Below, piece by piece: positions 50,337-62,000 of a stretch of DNA of 64,000 bases. Below the pieces are notes generated by a model. That model searched no databases. It was not told where the DNA came from and saw only the letters and a program-made list of their open reading frames with translations. Position numbers and translations under genes: made by a program. Position 1 is the first letter of the stretch. Every line of letters starts with the position of its first letter. The stretch spans positions 1 through 64,000 of the forward strand of contig LVLI01000229.1 in assembly GCA_001687465.1 (NCBI GenBank), given 5' to 3'. Source of the DNA: Halocafeteria seosinensis (taxonomy: Eukaryota).

Positions 50337-51245
50337 ATGAGAATGACCGATTCAACGACGTCGGCGCAGCTTTTCCAGGGAAGTTCTTGTTCCAGCGGAA
50401 GCCCTACCAGTACAAGTTTAGACCCGAGGAAGAAACAAGGGAACAGCAACTCTAAGCCGTCGTCCTCCAGTTCCACCGTCCTTGGCAATCTACGATGGGA
50501 TTCTCTCCACATGGGACGGGTTTCACCTTCAACAACATTGCTCTCTCTAAGTTGCAATGTACCCTCCATCAGAAGAATGAGTCCGTACATTCGTGAAGAC
50601 CTGCCGAACCGTCAGAAGTTTACCCTGTCGACTGCGAAACGACACAAGAACAGTCGTTTCCTAGGAAGCAATGCTTCTGGGCAAAGTACTCCCCAAGCAC
50701 GCGAATTCACAGCTGCCCAAGCTGCAGCGCAACTCCTTGGTCTAAACTCCCATGATGGAAGGGCGGCCTGCGAAGTAGACAGCGATTCCCCTTCCGCTGA
50801 GCATGGAGAGTCGGAAAGGCGGCAAAAGCGCAGGTAAGACCAATCAACCTCAGATATAATGAATGCGCAAATTTTCAAGGTTGATTGCTTTTGAACGAAT
50901 TCCAGGAAGGCTCACGAAATAGTGCGGATGTTTAGCTGTTGTTTTTGCAGCAAGAGTTATGGAACGCTTTCAGCTCTTACCCTCCATCTGCGATGTAAAC
51001 ATCCCAAATTGGTGAGGAAGATGATGGGATTAGCCGAAGGCGAGTACTTGCAGCCAATTCATTCGCGTTCCGTTGCCGCTTTTGTCAATAATGCCATGAC
51101 AGATAAACATATCATGCCTTCCTGCTCGGCTCAGCATGCGATGCATAACGCTCGTCAACGTCGCCCTACCATAAAGCAAAACATCCCAGAGAGGGAACCC
51201 GCACCCTCCACGTGCGATGATCCCGAACGACTCTGGATCGTTTAG
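50337..51245 (+). CDS. Con7-like C2H2 zinc-finger protein, paralog A (intron 50834-50905; start uncertain)
   Basis: Spliced KRR|KAHEIVRMFSCCFCSKSYGTLSALTLHLRCKH, resembling RRxxxEIxRxYxC..CxKxYGxxxxLxxH. Confidence 0.75.
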
Positions 51246-52510
51246 CAGGCACCGTCATCAACACGCACATTACGGCAGTGCCTTGCGGAGGGGATCTCTC
51301 TGATTGCTTTGGTTTCTCGGGGACAGCGCCGCCGAACCAAATGGTTGTGCCGGACCATTGGAACTACCCGAACAGGGACATTCCGATGAGCACTTGGGAG
51401 ATTGGTGAAGGTCTAAGCTTTGTTTTCCACTTGATGCATTGATAAGTGAGCCAGGATGAACTCTGAAGACTCCGCATCTTGAAACGAGGAACGGCTGCTG
51501 CTGCTGCTGCTGCAAGAACTCATGTTCCTGCACACACACACATCAGCTCACTGTACAAAGCTATGTGGTGAGTATATGCATTGCATATCTGGCACGCACT
51601 CGTCAAAGTGATGCCAGCTTCGAGTGTATAGTCACCCGCTGATTTCCCGCCGTTCGATCATGTACAGTAGATTTATTCCAAAATCCTTCCCAATCTATTA
51701 ATATATTATTCAACATTGTTTCATTCGGTCAGGAAATTGGAACTTCATGCTTATGACTCTATTGTTTGCGGGCTTGTCGCATATCGGCCAGCGTAGAACA
51801 CATTACCAAAGAATATCTGACTTCACACTTCCACGTACACGTGCGAAATTATTGTATTGGGTCACCCCCGAGCACACATTTCCCTCACAGCACATTTCCT
51901 TCCCCCATTACCCCAGGTGAGTGCTTTGAACGTGAATGGGAGTTGGCAAGACGAACAGTCTATTTTTTTTTTTGGCCTTGACTAAGAACACTCCCTTTAA
52001 GGGGGCACGGCTGCGCGGAGATACGTGGTAGCTTCCAGCTACAAACACCACGTCACACCCATTCTCAGAGGAGTATCACTTACCCAGAGTCATGTATCCT
52101 TACACATATGACAGAATTGTCTACAGCGAGAACAAAGTGGCTGTTGAGGGAGACAACGGGGATTATATAGTTTCGGGTGTGGTATGTCGGTTGTGTGGGT
52201 GCGCTGGGAAGAAAAAGAGTTTATTGCCCCTTCCTCAAGGGGAAGTGCGACTGCCGTGGCTATTCTCTGTCCGTAGAACGTGCTGTACCATTGTTATTGC
52301 CCCCCAACCCCTTCTTCCATGATACTCAATGAAGTTCACTCATTCATGCTGTGGTATCTGAATTGGTTTGCAGTCGTGTATACGGGAACACGTATCCTCC
52401 CCTGCGGGCCGAGGTTCTAAGAGGTGCGCGAGACGGTGTGACGTTGTTTGCATGCTACAGCTGTAAACACTCAATTCCCCCGGACGACTTTCCGTAACAA
52501 ATTGAGCAAA

Positions 52511-53611
52511 ATGTTCTCAGCCCAAGGTGTGCCGAAGGAGGTCGGTGGAAATGGATTTACTGCATCGAAACAGGCCCCGCATGGACTAGATTCCATCCGC
52601 ATCCAGATGGGCAACCGAACACCGGTAAGGTCTCTAGCAGGGCTTGCAGGGAAGAGTCCACCGCGGGAAGGCGCTCCGTCCAGTGTATTACCGTCGTCTA
52701 CACGTGAATTTAACCTTGTAGGCATGAAACCTATCTCACATCGGCCTGTGGGAACACCGAATCAAGCAATTCCAGTCAATCCGAATTACGCCATACCAAA
52801 CACGGTACTAGGGAAGCGGAACTTCCGAGAGATTCCCTATGCAGATCCTCCTGTTGATTCTAGCTCCATTAGCGTCGATTCTCCTGATGTAAACCCAGTG
52901 GACTACTATTCTACCGAGGAAGCTGCGTCACAGTTGCTAAACTTGAACAAGTCCAAGAATCCACCCGCATACTCTACTGGAGGTGCTCAACGAAGTGGAT
53001 CCGGCAACACGTCAACAAGTAGTCAAGGTGGACACTTACGAATCAGGAGGTAAGGAAATTTGTGAAGCAGTCTACTGTGGTTTCACCTTGGAATTGCGTT
53101 GGTGCCGCAGGAAGTCCAATGAAATTGAGCGGGACTACAACTGCTGCTTTTGCGACAAGCGATACGGATCTGTGTCCGCTCTAACGCTTCATCTGCGCCA
53201 CAAACACCCCCATTTGGTGAAGGAAATGTATGCGTTAGGTTCTATACAGGACCTTCTTCCCATACATGCGCGTTCGGTGGCTGCCTTTGTCAACGACGCT
53301 CTGACTGTAAAGCATGTGAGACCGGAGAGGAGTGCCGAAGAAGCCATAAGAAGGAGCGGTATGTAATTGACTGCAAAGCATGTTTTTCGTCACGAAACAG
53401 GATGTGTTCGTGCATGTATGTTTGCTCTATTGCAGCTCCAGATAAATGCACGAAACTATCGTCTAGACGAACCAACGAACAAGCTAAGTCAAGTAGGCTG
53501 GAAGCCAAACCCTCCCATGGGTACACAAGGAATACATCGACTGGTGTGCAAAACATGGGAAATGGTGTTATGTACAGTATGGCTCCCATGGCTGCTCTTC
53601 GACCTTACTAG
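52511..53611 (+). CDS. Con7-like C2H2 zinc-finger protein, paralog B (introns 53050-53110, 53359-53435)
   Basis: Spliced IRR|KSNEIERDYNCCFCDKRYGSVSALTLHLRHKH. Same first intron position as paralog A. Confidence 0.8.
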
Positions 53612-54054
53612 ACAGGAGGCATGCTTTAGTGGAGATGTTTATCAATGCGAAATTCATGTCACTGTGACCACTTCGAAGCTCGCAGGGATATGGTGCATTC
53701 GTGTGTGCGGTCATCTATATGCATGTTATCTGTGGATACGATCACAGCTGAAGATGTTAATAAACGCACTCGTACTCCTACACCGACCACGCACTAAGCT
53801 TATCTTTCTCGGGAATAAGTTGTCTACTTCTTGATTAACTACGCAAATAGTTCTGCGAGTTGTATAAGTATAAAAATTGGATTCAGAATAGGACTATGTT
53901 TCGTTTCAAAACGTCTTATTAAGGGATGGGATTCCCTTCCTGATGATTTCCGTGGGATACCGAACTACGAGCTGCGAAAATTACAAATTCCGGCTCTGGT
54001 CTATGAATGAACACGAGGAGAAGTAGCTGCACTGCTTCCTTCGCTGCTGAAGAA

Positions 54055-54576
54055 TTATGGAGCAGTAGCGCCGTAATTCTGGTGCTCTGGAAGTTGCTGA
54101 TAGTTAAACTGGTTGCCTTGAATGGGGAGTCTCGGACCGGTTGCATTCGCGAACTGGGAAGTTGGGAGGTTCGGAATATTCGGCTGCTGCCCAAATGCAC
54201 CTCCAATTCCCATCGCAGTTCCATAGGCTTGAGTTCCGGTTAGTGCTTCATATCGTCCATTGATCTTCTTACAGACCGCCTCGTTGAATTCGGGGAATGC
54301 TCTCGCGCAGTTTTGCTCATGCCTCGGTTTCACTAGACAGCAGTAGAGGAATGCATAGAGAATGATCCCAAACCCAAATGCAAAAAGCAGTAACACACAT
54401 GGGATCCATTCGTACCACTCCCATTTCGTAATGATGACTTTATCGACATTTAAGTGGTCCCGGTCGATAGGGAGGTCTCCGGTATACTTGAGAGTTCTAT
54501 AGTCCGTTCTCAATTGGCAAAAGCTATGCAGCGGCACTTCCAACCAGGTATACTCGTAGTAGGAGGCATTTCCCCT
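54055..54576 (-). CDS. Hypothetical membrane protein, last exon; upstream exons unclear or decayed
   Basis: Hydrophobic WIPCVLLLFAFGFGIILYAFLYCCLV followed by a Gln/Pro-rich tail. Acceptor-like tgcag just upstream. Confidence 0.4.
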   Translation of the reverse strand, partial: RGNASYYEYTWLEVPLHSFCQLRTDYRTLKYTGDLPIDRDHLNVDKVIITKWEWYEWIPCVLLLFAFGFGIILYAFLYCCLVKPRHEQNCARAFPEFNEAVCKKINGRYEALTGTQAYGTAMGIGGAFGQQPNIPNLPTSQFANATGPRLPIQGNQFNYQQLPEHQNYGATAP

Positions 54577-56069
54577 GCAGATACACACAGAAAAAGGGGT
54601 GCTATAGTGGGAAAATGGGGACTAAAATGCCCAATATTGGCCACGAAACCACTGTGTGAGGTAACCCTTTTTTATGACGCCTTCATACGGCCAATTTTCC
54701 TCCTTTTTGGACCCATTAGACTCTTTAGCAATCCGTCGGCACTTACGAGGGACTCTTATGCTCAATGGTTTGTTGTTGTTGCTTCATTATGGGAGGATCC
54801 AGAAACGAAATACTCCGCAGCCCAGTCGGAAGAAATCCCGATGCTCTTTCCAGACAATAAATGCTATCGCAGGCGCAATAAATAAACCATATAGGGAAAA
54901 ACTCCAAAACAAGAACTTGGTCTTCCGGTCAACACTGAGAGAATGAATACAGTTAATTTACTCTTAGAGACAGGGAGGACGAGGGCATCCCGCTTGGTGA
55001 AGACACCAGCCACAGGAATTGGGTGAATACTGTAGATGAGATATTTGCACCGATGGCTTCATTAAGAGGAAAACCAAAGAGCATATTCATGATGAATAAG
55101 CTGTGTGTCGTCGAAGGAGCGCTTGTGTCGTATCGGGAGCAAGGGGGATCCAAACTGAGGGTGGTACACCGAGATGATCCGCTCCATGTATGACTATGCA
55201 AGGACCGACCGAGGTGACACTAGACCCCCAGTAGCTAAACGCAGTCAGGTACAGTACCGTTGTAAGGGACCATTCACGTGGAGATGGATGAATGCTGGCT
55301 TACGTTGCCGAAGTGCCACCCCGAAGCCTGGAAGGTTCCAGGTTGGCTGGATTCGTCAAAGTACAAGACTGAGAAACGAACCATATCTTTACGAGAAGAT
55401 CAGAATAGCATGCCAGATTGAACTAGGAGCTTCACTCGTAGCGTTGTCCTTCCTGGTAATCGAAGTGAATGGAGATCCTGCCATGCCAGCAAGTTGGATC
55501 CGATTCCATTCTCTCTGGCCAAGAGGAAGCGAGAGAGCCACCGGTAGGTAATCTCTGCTGAGAGAAGGCCACAGTGAGAAAATGTACTGCGCGTAGCAAT
55601 GCAATTCGCAATCGAATCCATCCCCTTTCGAGATGTGTATGAAGTAGGTGTGAATCATGGAGGCGTATCTTGCTCGGAATTTTCCATTCCTTTTTCGCTC
55701 GTGTGGATTGACGCGGTGAAATGAATGAAATGTAGATCGATAGAACTCTTTGCCAGAGAAAGAAAGGAGTGTATTTATTCATCATTGGTATGGTTAACCA
55801 TTGCATGAATGACGGAAAGGAATCCGCTGTTCTTTTCTTGTGAGGAATTGAGCGCTTCAACCCAGGTCTATTACACCTCTTTATGGGTATACAGAAGCTC
55901 GAGTGGTGGGTGAATAGTCTGTGTCCATCTTTTCGACTCTCCAGAACAGGTAGAACCTAAGGGACTACTATCGTAGAGCGGAGGGAGCGTCTGGAGGAAT
56001 CGAGCACAAGCTCATTTCTTTGCTTTTTTTCCCCTCCTTTATCACTTCATCAACGATACTCGCCCTATC

Positions 56070-59000
56070 ATGGCACAAGCAGAAGATCCCAATGCATCGA
56101 GACAAGCACTGTTGGAACAGTGTATAGAGACATTAAGCGCCGAAGACAGTGACATTGACCACCTGGACTGGTTCCGCAGCCGGGAGCGGGAACTTTGCGA
56201 GACATTGTTGAGCAAAGGGGAGCTGGTTGTGTTTTTCCGTGGATCCAATACGTCCACTACGCTACTGCATGAAGTAGCTCGGTATGCGGCACGCCAGAAT
56301 TTGAAGGAGCTCACGGATTGGATCTTGGCCAGGTCACCTCAAGTGAACGTACGCGATGAACACGGGGATACACCTCTGAATATATTTCGTAGAGAAGTGA
56401 GCAACCATAAAGGATTGGGATGTTCCTCTCCAGACTACTGCGAAGAGATGACTGACCTCTTTATTGACTATGGATGCATCGTTGTGAAATCCGTCAGACA
56501 TGTGAAGGAGGAGCTAGAGCACCGACTAGACTTCTTGGAAGAGAAAATAAACCGACAAGGACTCCAAAATAAATGTCCTGAAAAATTAAGAAAGTGTGCA
56601 AAAGGAAAGAAAGAAGAACTTAACACCTTGAAAGAATTTTGTGGATACCTTTGCAGTGAACTTAATTCGGTGTTGTCTTCATTTTTTCATCTAAAGAGTG
56701 GTCTACTGGCGTACGAAGAAGGGATTGGGGAAACGCTGTTGAAGGGTGCATGCGAGAGATTCTTGACCCCTATTTTGGGCAATCCTATCAAATGGGCAAT
56801 GGAAGCTATCATTCAGGGCCGGCGAAAGAAGTGGTTTCAGAAAATAGCCGGTCTATTTTCAGCTCCCGACTATATTTCCGTTTGCGTTGAACACTTTGCG
56901 ACGGAGGTCACCTGTTATCTCCGTGAGGAAATACTCAGAGGCATTTCCCGACGCTTAAGCATTCGGGAACATTTTGATCGCATTGTAGAGGGTGACGACC
57001 CACATGGTCACCCTGGTTACTGGCAGCTTCTGCGTGCCGAATTCTGCCAAGCATTTCTAAAATATGCTGGCTCTGAAAAAACGAAACGATACCCTATTGT
57101 CAACTCTAACGAGGATGCAATTGATCTTGCCCAAGAGGCCATTTGGAACATCATCCCATTGGCTTCCGAGGGACTATCACGGACCATTTGCTGCCCAATA
57201 TCAGCTGAAGCACTGCACACGTTGCCGCTGAATCTGTCGGCATTTTTACTGGCGTTGGAGGAACCGCGCTTACGCCTGGAAGCCTGCCTTAAACAGATTA
57301 CGGAACGAAAAGGGACCTACTGCATCTTAGACCTCGAAGAGTGTCTGGTAGCGGGGATCCGTGAGTCCGACACAGTAGTGATAGGGATACAATGTAGTTT
57401 GGGGCAGCAAAAGTTGCTTCGCCGTGCCTGCTGTCACAAGGGGAAAACCTACACGATATCGGTGACTGATGGAGACAGTAACGAGAATGCACAGATAGAT
57501 GCGTTCAATCTGTTTGGTGAACTGGCTGGTCGCATTTGGAATCTTTTATTTGTGGATGACCAATCTGACACTTCACAGCTTGCAGAGATTGAACTTTTCC
57601 ACCGTTATGTTTTGGCAAAGCAAACTGATGGTGCACCCTTGAAGTATAGATTTATAGGGTTTGGAATTGCAGGCTCCGTGGCATCTATACTAGCTGTTTT
57701 CGTTCGCAATAGTTTTCCTTTCTCCGCATGGGAACAAGTAGAAGCCTGGTCTTTCGGTGCTCCTGCATGGTGTTCGCACATGTGTGCCGAGAAGCCTAAC
57801 TTACCTTTGTATCCGACCTACCAATTACACCATGAAGACGACATATTGTTTCAGTTGTCCTTTGGCTGCACCTCTCCAGGAAAGACGGTCCTGCTTTCCC
57901 CTGGGGACAAGATTGCCAAGGAATATCAAGTTTCAAACAATTCGAAGACAACGGACTCTAAAAACTATTTCAGGAAATTGATGCACCGGTTCCATGGTGT
58001 GCGTGAATATTATTCTGCGTTGCGGGATGTAGAAAAAGTGCGGCTGGAGCATGATGAGCCCGGAACAAAGTCTATAGAGCCTACTACCAGTGCTATGGGA
58101 AAGATCACAGGCACACAAATCCAGGGGATAAACAAGTTCAAGAACTTGATGGAGGGGTCTCACTCGATGCGTTTGAGTTCGTCGACAAATAATCCCAGTG
58201 TGCTCGAGGAAGCGACTGGCAGCATTACCGAAAGCGTTCTTGAGGCGAAACAGTCCGCGCCATCTGCTGGAAACGTCAATAAAGAACATATCCTTGGACA
58301 CTTGAAATTCGCGTTGATACAAGGAAATTTCGATTTCGCTGAGCAGCTAGTGCGAACTGCGACCGATATACAGCTCGGTCAAGTCGTTGAAGAGTTTTGC
58401 GTTTATTCCCAAAGCAGTGCACTCCATGCTCTGTGGAACTTCCTTGACAAAAAGGAGCGAGTCACACCATCCTTATGGCTTCCTATTGGACTGCTTCTCC
58501 GGGATGAGACTCTTATAGAACAGTGCCTGGAGCACTGTAAACCTAATGATCATAATATTTGTCTTTTGGATATTAGTTACTTCACTGACTGGGAAGAGGA
58601 AACATCTCCTACACAACGCGAATTCATTCTTTCTCAGGTGCGAAAACATCATGGTAGTATTCACTTATCTGCGCTCAACACTTGTTGTTTGGCCATACGA
58701 TTAGGATGCCCCTCGTTGCTGACTCGTTTTGTCCAGGCAGACCATTTATCACTTGCAATATCGAACCGAAACAGCCGCCTTCCGACTCTCTTTCATTTAT
58801 CCTGTATAACGCCAGGAATGAAATGCTTACAAACTCTGGTTCAAGCATCGTGTCCACAGACCGGAAGTGATGGGGGGCGTGCAAACAGCGAGGGTCCCAT
58901 TAGGGAGCTTGTCAGGCAAACTGAGAGCCGAAATGAAGTGAGCCCATTGTTTGTGGCGGCTCGTTTTGGGTATCTTACTGTGGTCAAGTATCTCGTCGAG

Positions 59001-62000
59001 CATGGAAAGGCCAATGTGGATCAAGGAAGAACGGATGATGGTGCCACTTCCTTGTTTATTGCGTCCCAAAATGGGTATCTTACTGTGGTCAAGTATCTCG
59101 TCGAGCATGGAAAGGCCAATGTGGATCAAGGAACAACGGATAATGGTGCCACTCCCTTGCATATTGCATCCTATATTGGGCATTTGGATGTTGTCAAGTA
59201 TCTCGTCGAGCATGGAAAGGCCAATGTGGATCAAGGAAGAACGGATAATGGTGCCACTCCCTTGCATATTGCATCCTATAATGGGCATTTGGATGTTGTC
59301 AAGTATCTCGTCGAGCATGGAAAGGCCAATGTGGATCAAGGAACAACGGATAATGGTGCCACTCCCTTGCATACTGCATCCTATAATGGGCATTTGGATG
59401 TGGTCAAGTATCTCGTCGAGCATGGAAAGGCCAATGTGGATCAAGGAATGGCAAATGGTGGCACTCCCTTGCATTTTGCGTCCAAAAATGGGCATTTGGG
59501 TGTGGTCAAGTATCTCGTCGAACATGGAAAGGCCAATGTGGATCAAGGAAGAACGGATAATGGTGCCACTCCCTTGCATTTTGCGTCCGAAAATGGGCAT
59601 TTGGATGTGGTCAAGTATCTCGTCGAACATGGAAAGGCCAATGTGGATCAAGGAAGAACGGATAATGGTGCCACTCCCTTGCATTTTGCGTCCGAAAATG
59701 GGCATTTGGATGTGGTCAAGTATCTCGTCGAACATGGAAAGGCCAATGTGGATCAAGGAATGGCAAATGGTGGCACTCCCTTGCATCCTGCATCCTATAA
59801 TGGGCATTTGGATGTGGTCAAGTATCTCGTCGAGCATGGAAAGGCCAATGTGGATCAAGGAATGGCAAATGGTGGCACTCCCTTGTATTTTTCGTCCCAA
59901 AATGGGCATTTGGATGTGGTCAAGTATCTCGTTGAGCAAGGCAAAGGGATGATGAATGTGGCAGTAAATCTTGGACCCTTGCGACCGTACGAGACCCTCC
60001 TGACTATAGCATCCAAGAATTCCCAGTGCAACATTCTTCGGTATCTTTTGGAGCAGCAAGTCAACATTACCGGAGATGTAAATTTCCCGAACTCGCTGCA
60101 GCTGTGTATCCGAGCTAATGTAGATGAAACCTGTATGCGACTCATTACGCTGGAATTATATTCGATGGGGAGGGATTTGCGCTCCATTCGATATTTACCC
60201 TCAAAATATCTTGATGATATGTTAAGACAAGCGTTTGTTGTTCAACATCGAAAGGCAACAATGCGTCTTTTAGGCGCAGGTGAGTTGCTACAGGAAGATA
60301 TGCTTACTAACGATTTGGTATATTCGTCGCAGATCCTCCAAGAGGTATCACAAATTAGAGACATTCGTTGTGCGATCTTCCGAACCATGTCCACTACCAT
60401 CAGTACTTTGATATGCAAACTGTGCGATGGCACGCTGTGCGTTGGAAAAGACCGGGACAATGATCGCAGTGATAAAATGACCAAACTTCTGGTCGCCTAT
60501 CTGCGATTTCTGCGGACGCTTGTTTCGCGTGAGCTTGATGCGCGTTTTACACTAGACTTTACTGAAGTAGGAGCATTATGTGTGATATTGGATCAAGACC
60601 CGTATTTTTATGGAAGACACGTATTGTGTTTACTTAAAGGCGGTGAGGGACCTCAGGGCACAAATGAGACGAACTCGGGGTCAAAACGTGGTAGCGATGA
60701 AGACTTCATCGCAAAAAGCAACGAAATCATTGAAAACAAATTCGGGGGTACCAGGCATGAGCAACGTCTACTTTCGCTGTTTTATTTATATCATTCAGTC
60801 AACAATCAAGCACTTATTGACAATGAAACTGATGCGTTCCTACAGCTGATTCAGTGTGAGCACTATCTCTGGTATGAACCCCAAGACGTTGATAGCGTGC
60901 TTTCCTTACTAGACCGGAAGGCGCACCAACTCTCTTTGTTTCCTGCATTGTATAATATGTTAAAGGGGAGGTGTTTTCAGGAGAAAGGCAACTACCAGAA
61001 AGCTCTAGCTGCCTACAAATCGTGCCTGGAGCACTTTCCCAACTACCCGGAGGCCGTCGCTGAGTATGCACTGCTCATAGAGAAGACGTCCCCACAGCGC
61101 CAGCGCATAGCAGATGTTCAATCAAACCAGTCTGATGCAGCATCGCTCACACTACAGGATATACGGCACGCTGAATCTCTCGCCGCTCCAGTTGATCTGG
61201 ACTACATTCGTGGTGTTCGTGAAATACTAGAGATGCGACACTTACCGTTCCAAGAAAAGCATGGTATGATGTCCGATGAATCCGATAACAAACGGTTGCG
61301 CGACGCTATGGCGGCGAATGCTTTTGCGTCCCGTGTGTTTAAGCAAATCAAAGACGAGCTATCCGAGGAGATCAATTCCCTCCGCAAAGAGTCGAAGCCG
61401 TGGGTATGGCTCAGAGAGTGTTTTTCCACCACCGGCAGTCTTCCAAGCAGTTTAGCGATGTTTCTACAGGGGTTACAGAATGGTGGTAGCCTTGTACGAG
61501 CGGCATGGAGAAAGCTTCGCTCATTGAATAGTGTACACGACTTGATCAAAGATGTCAATCGAATTCTATTGGAACTGGACGCTTTGAAGAAACGTACAGG
61601 ACGTGCATCAAGCACGACCCGCATCAACTGCCTCTTGGAAGAACTTTGGTGTTACTACAGGTGGTATAAAAGCGAGTTCCTCCGTGCTCACTCTTCTTGG
61701 CTCCGCAGATATTCTCTGGATAAGGCTTTAAGCGTCCTGAATCATCTCATTTCGTCTGACCATCCTTTTTTTTTGGGAGAGGCTACCGTGATTTATGATG
61801 AGCTCGGTAATGCGTACCACCCTACAGTAGAGGCTCTCGCATGCCTTCCAGCTGAAGGTCCACAAAGAGGAGAAAGGCATGGCATACATTCTGTCATTCA
61901 GTTCGGTCAGGTACACTACAAGTTCAAACCTTATTCTCCCCCGCATGAGAAAGCTGTATCCAAGATAGGGAAGCTGTGGACGTCTGGTGTTTCTAACCGA

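Noticed and set aside
51493..51513. (CTG)n tract
   Set aside because: Short ordinary microsatellite downstream of a gene.
58940..59945. CRISPR-like regular repeats
   Set aside because: Units are 102/105 bp, in-frame ankyrin coding, with no unique spacers and no cas genes.
58827..60059. Repetitive 410-aa minus-strand ORF and 333-aa alternative plus-frame ORF
   Set aside because: Shadow frames of the ankyrin array. The ANK consensus is in the frame starting at 56070.
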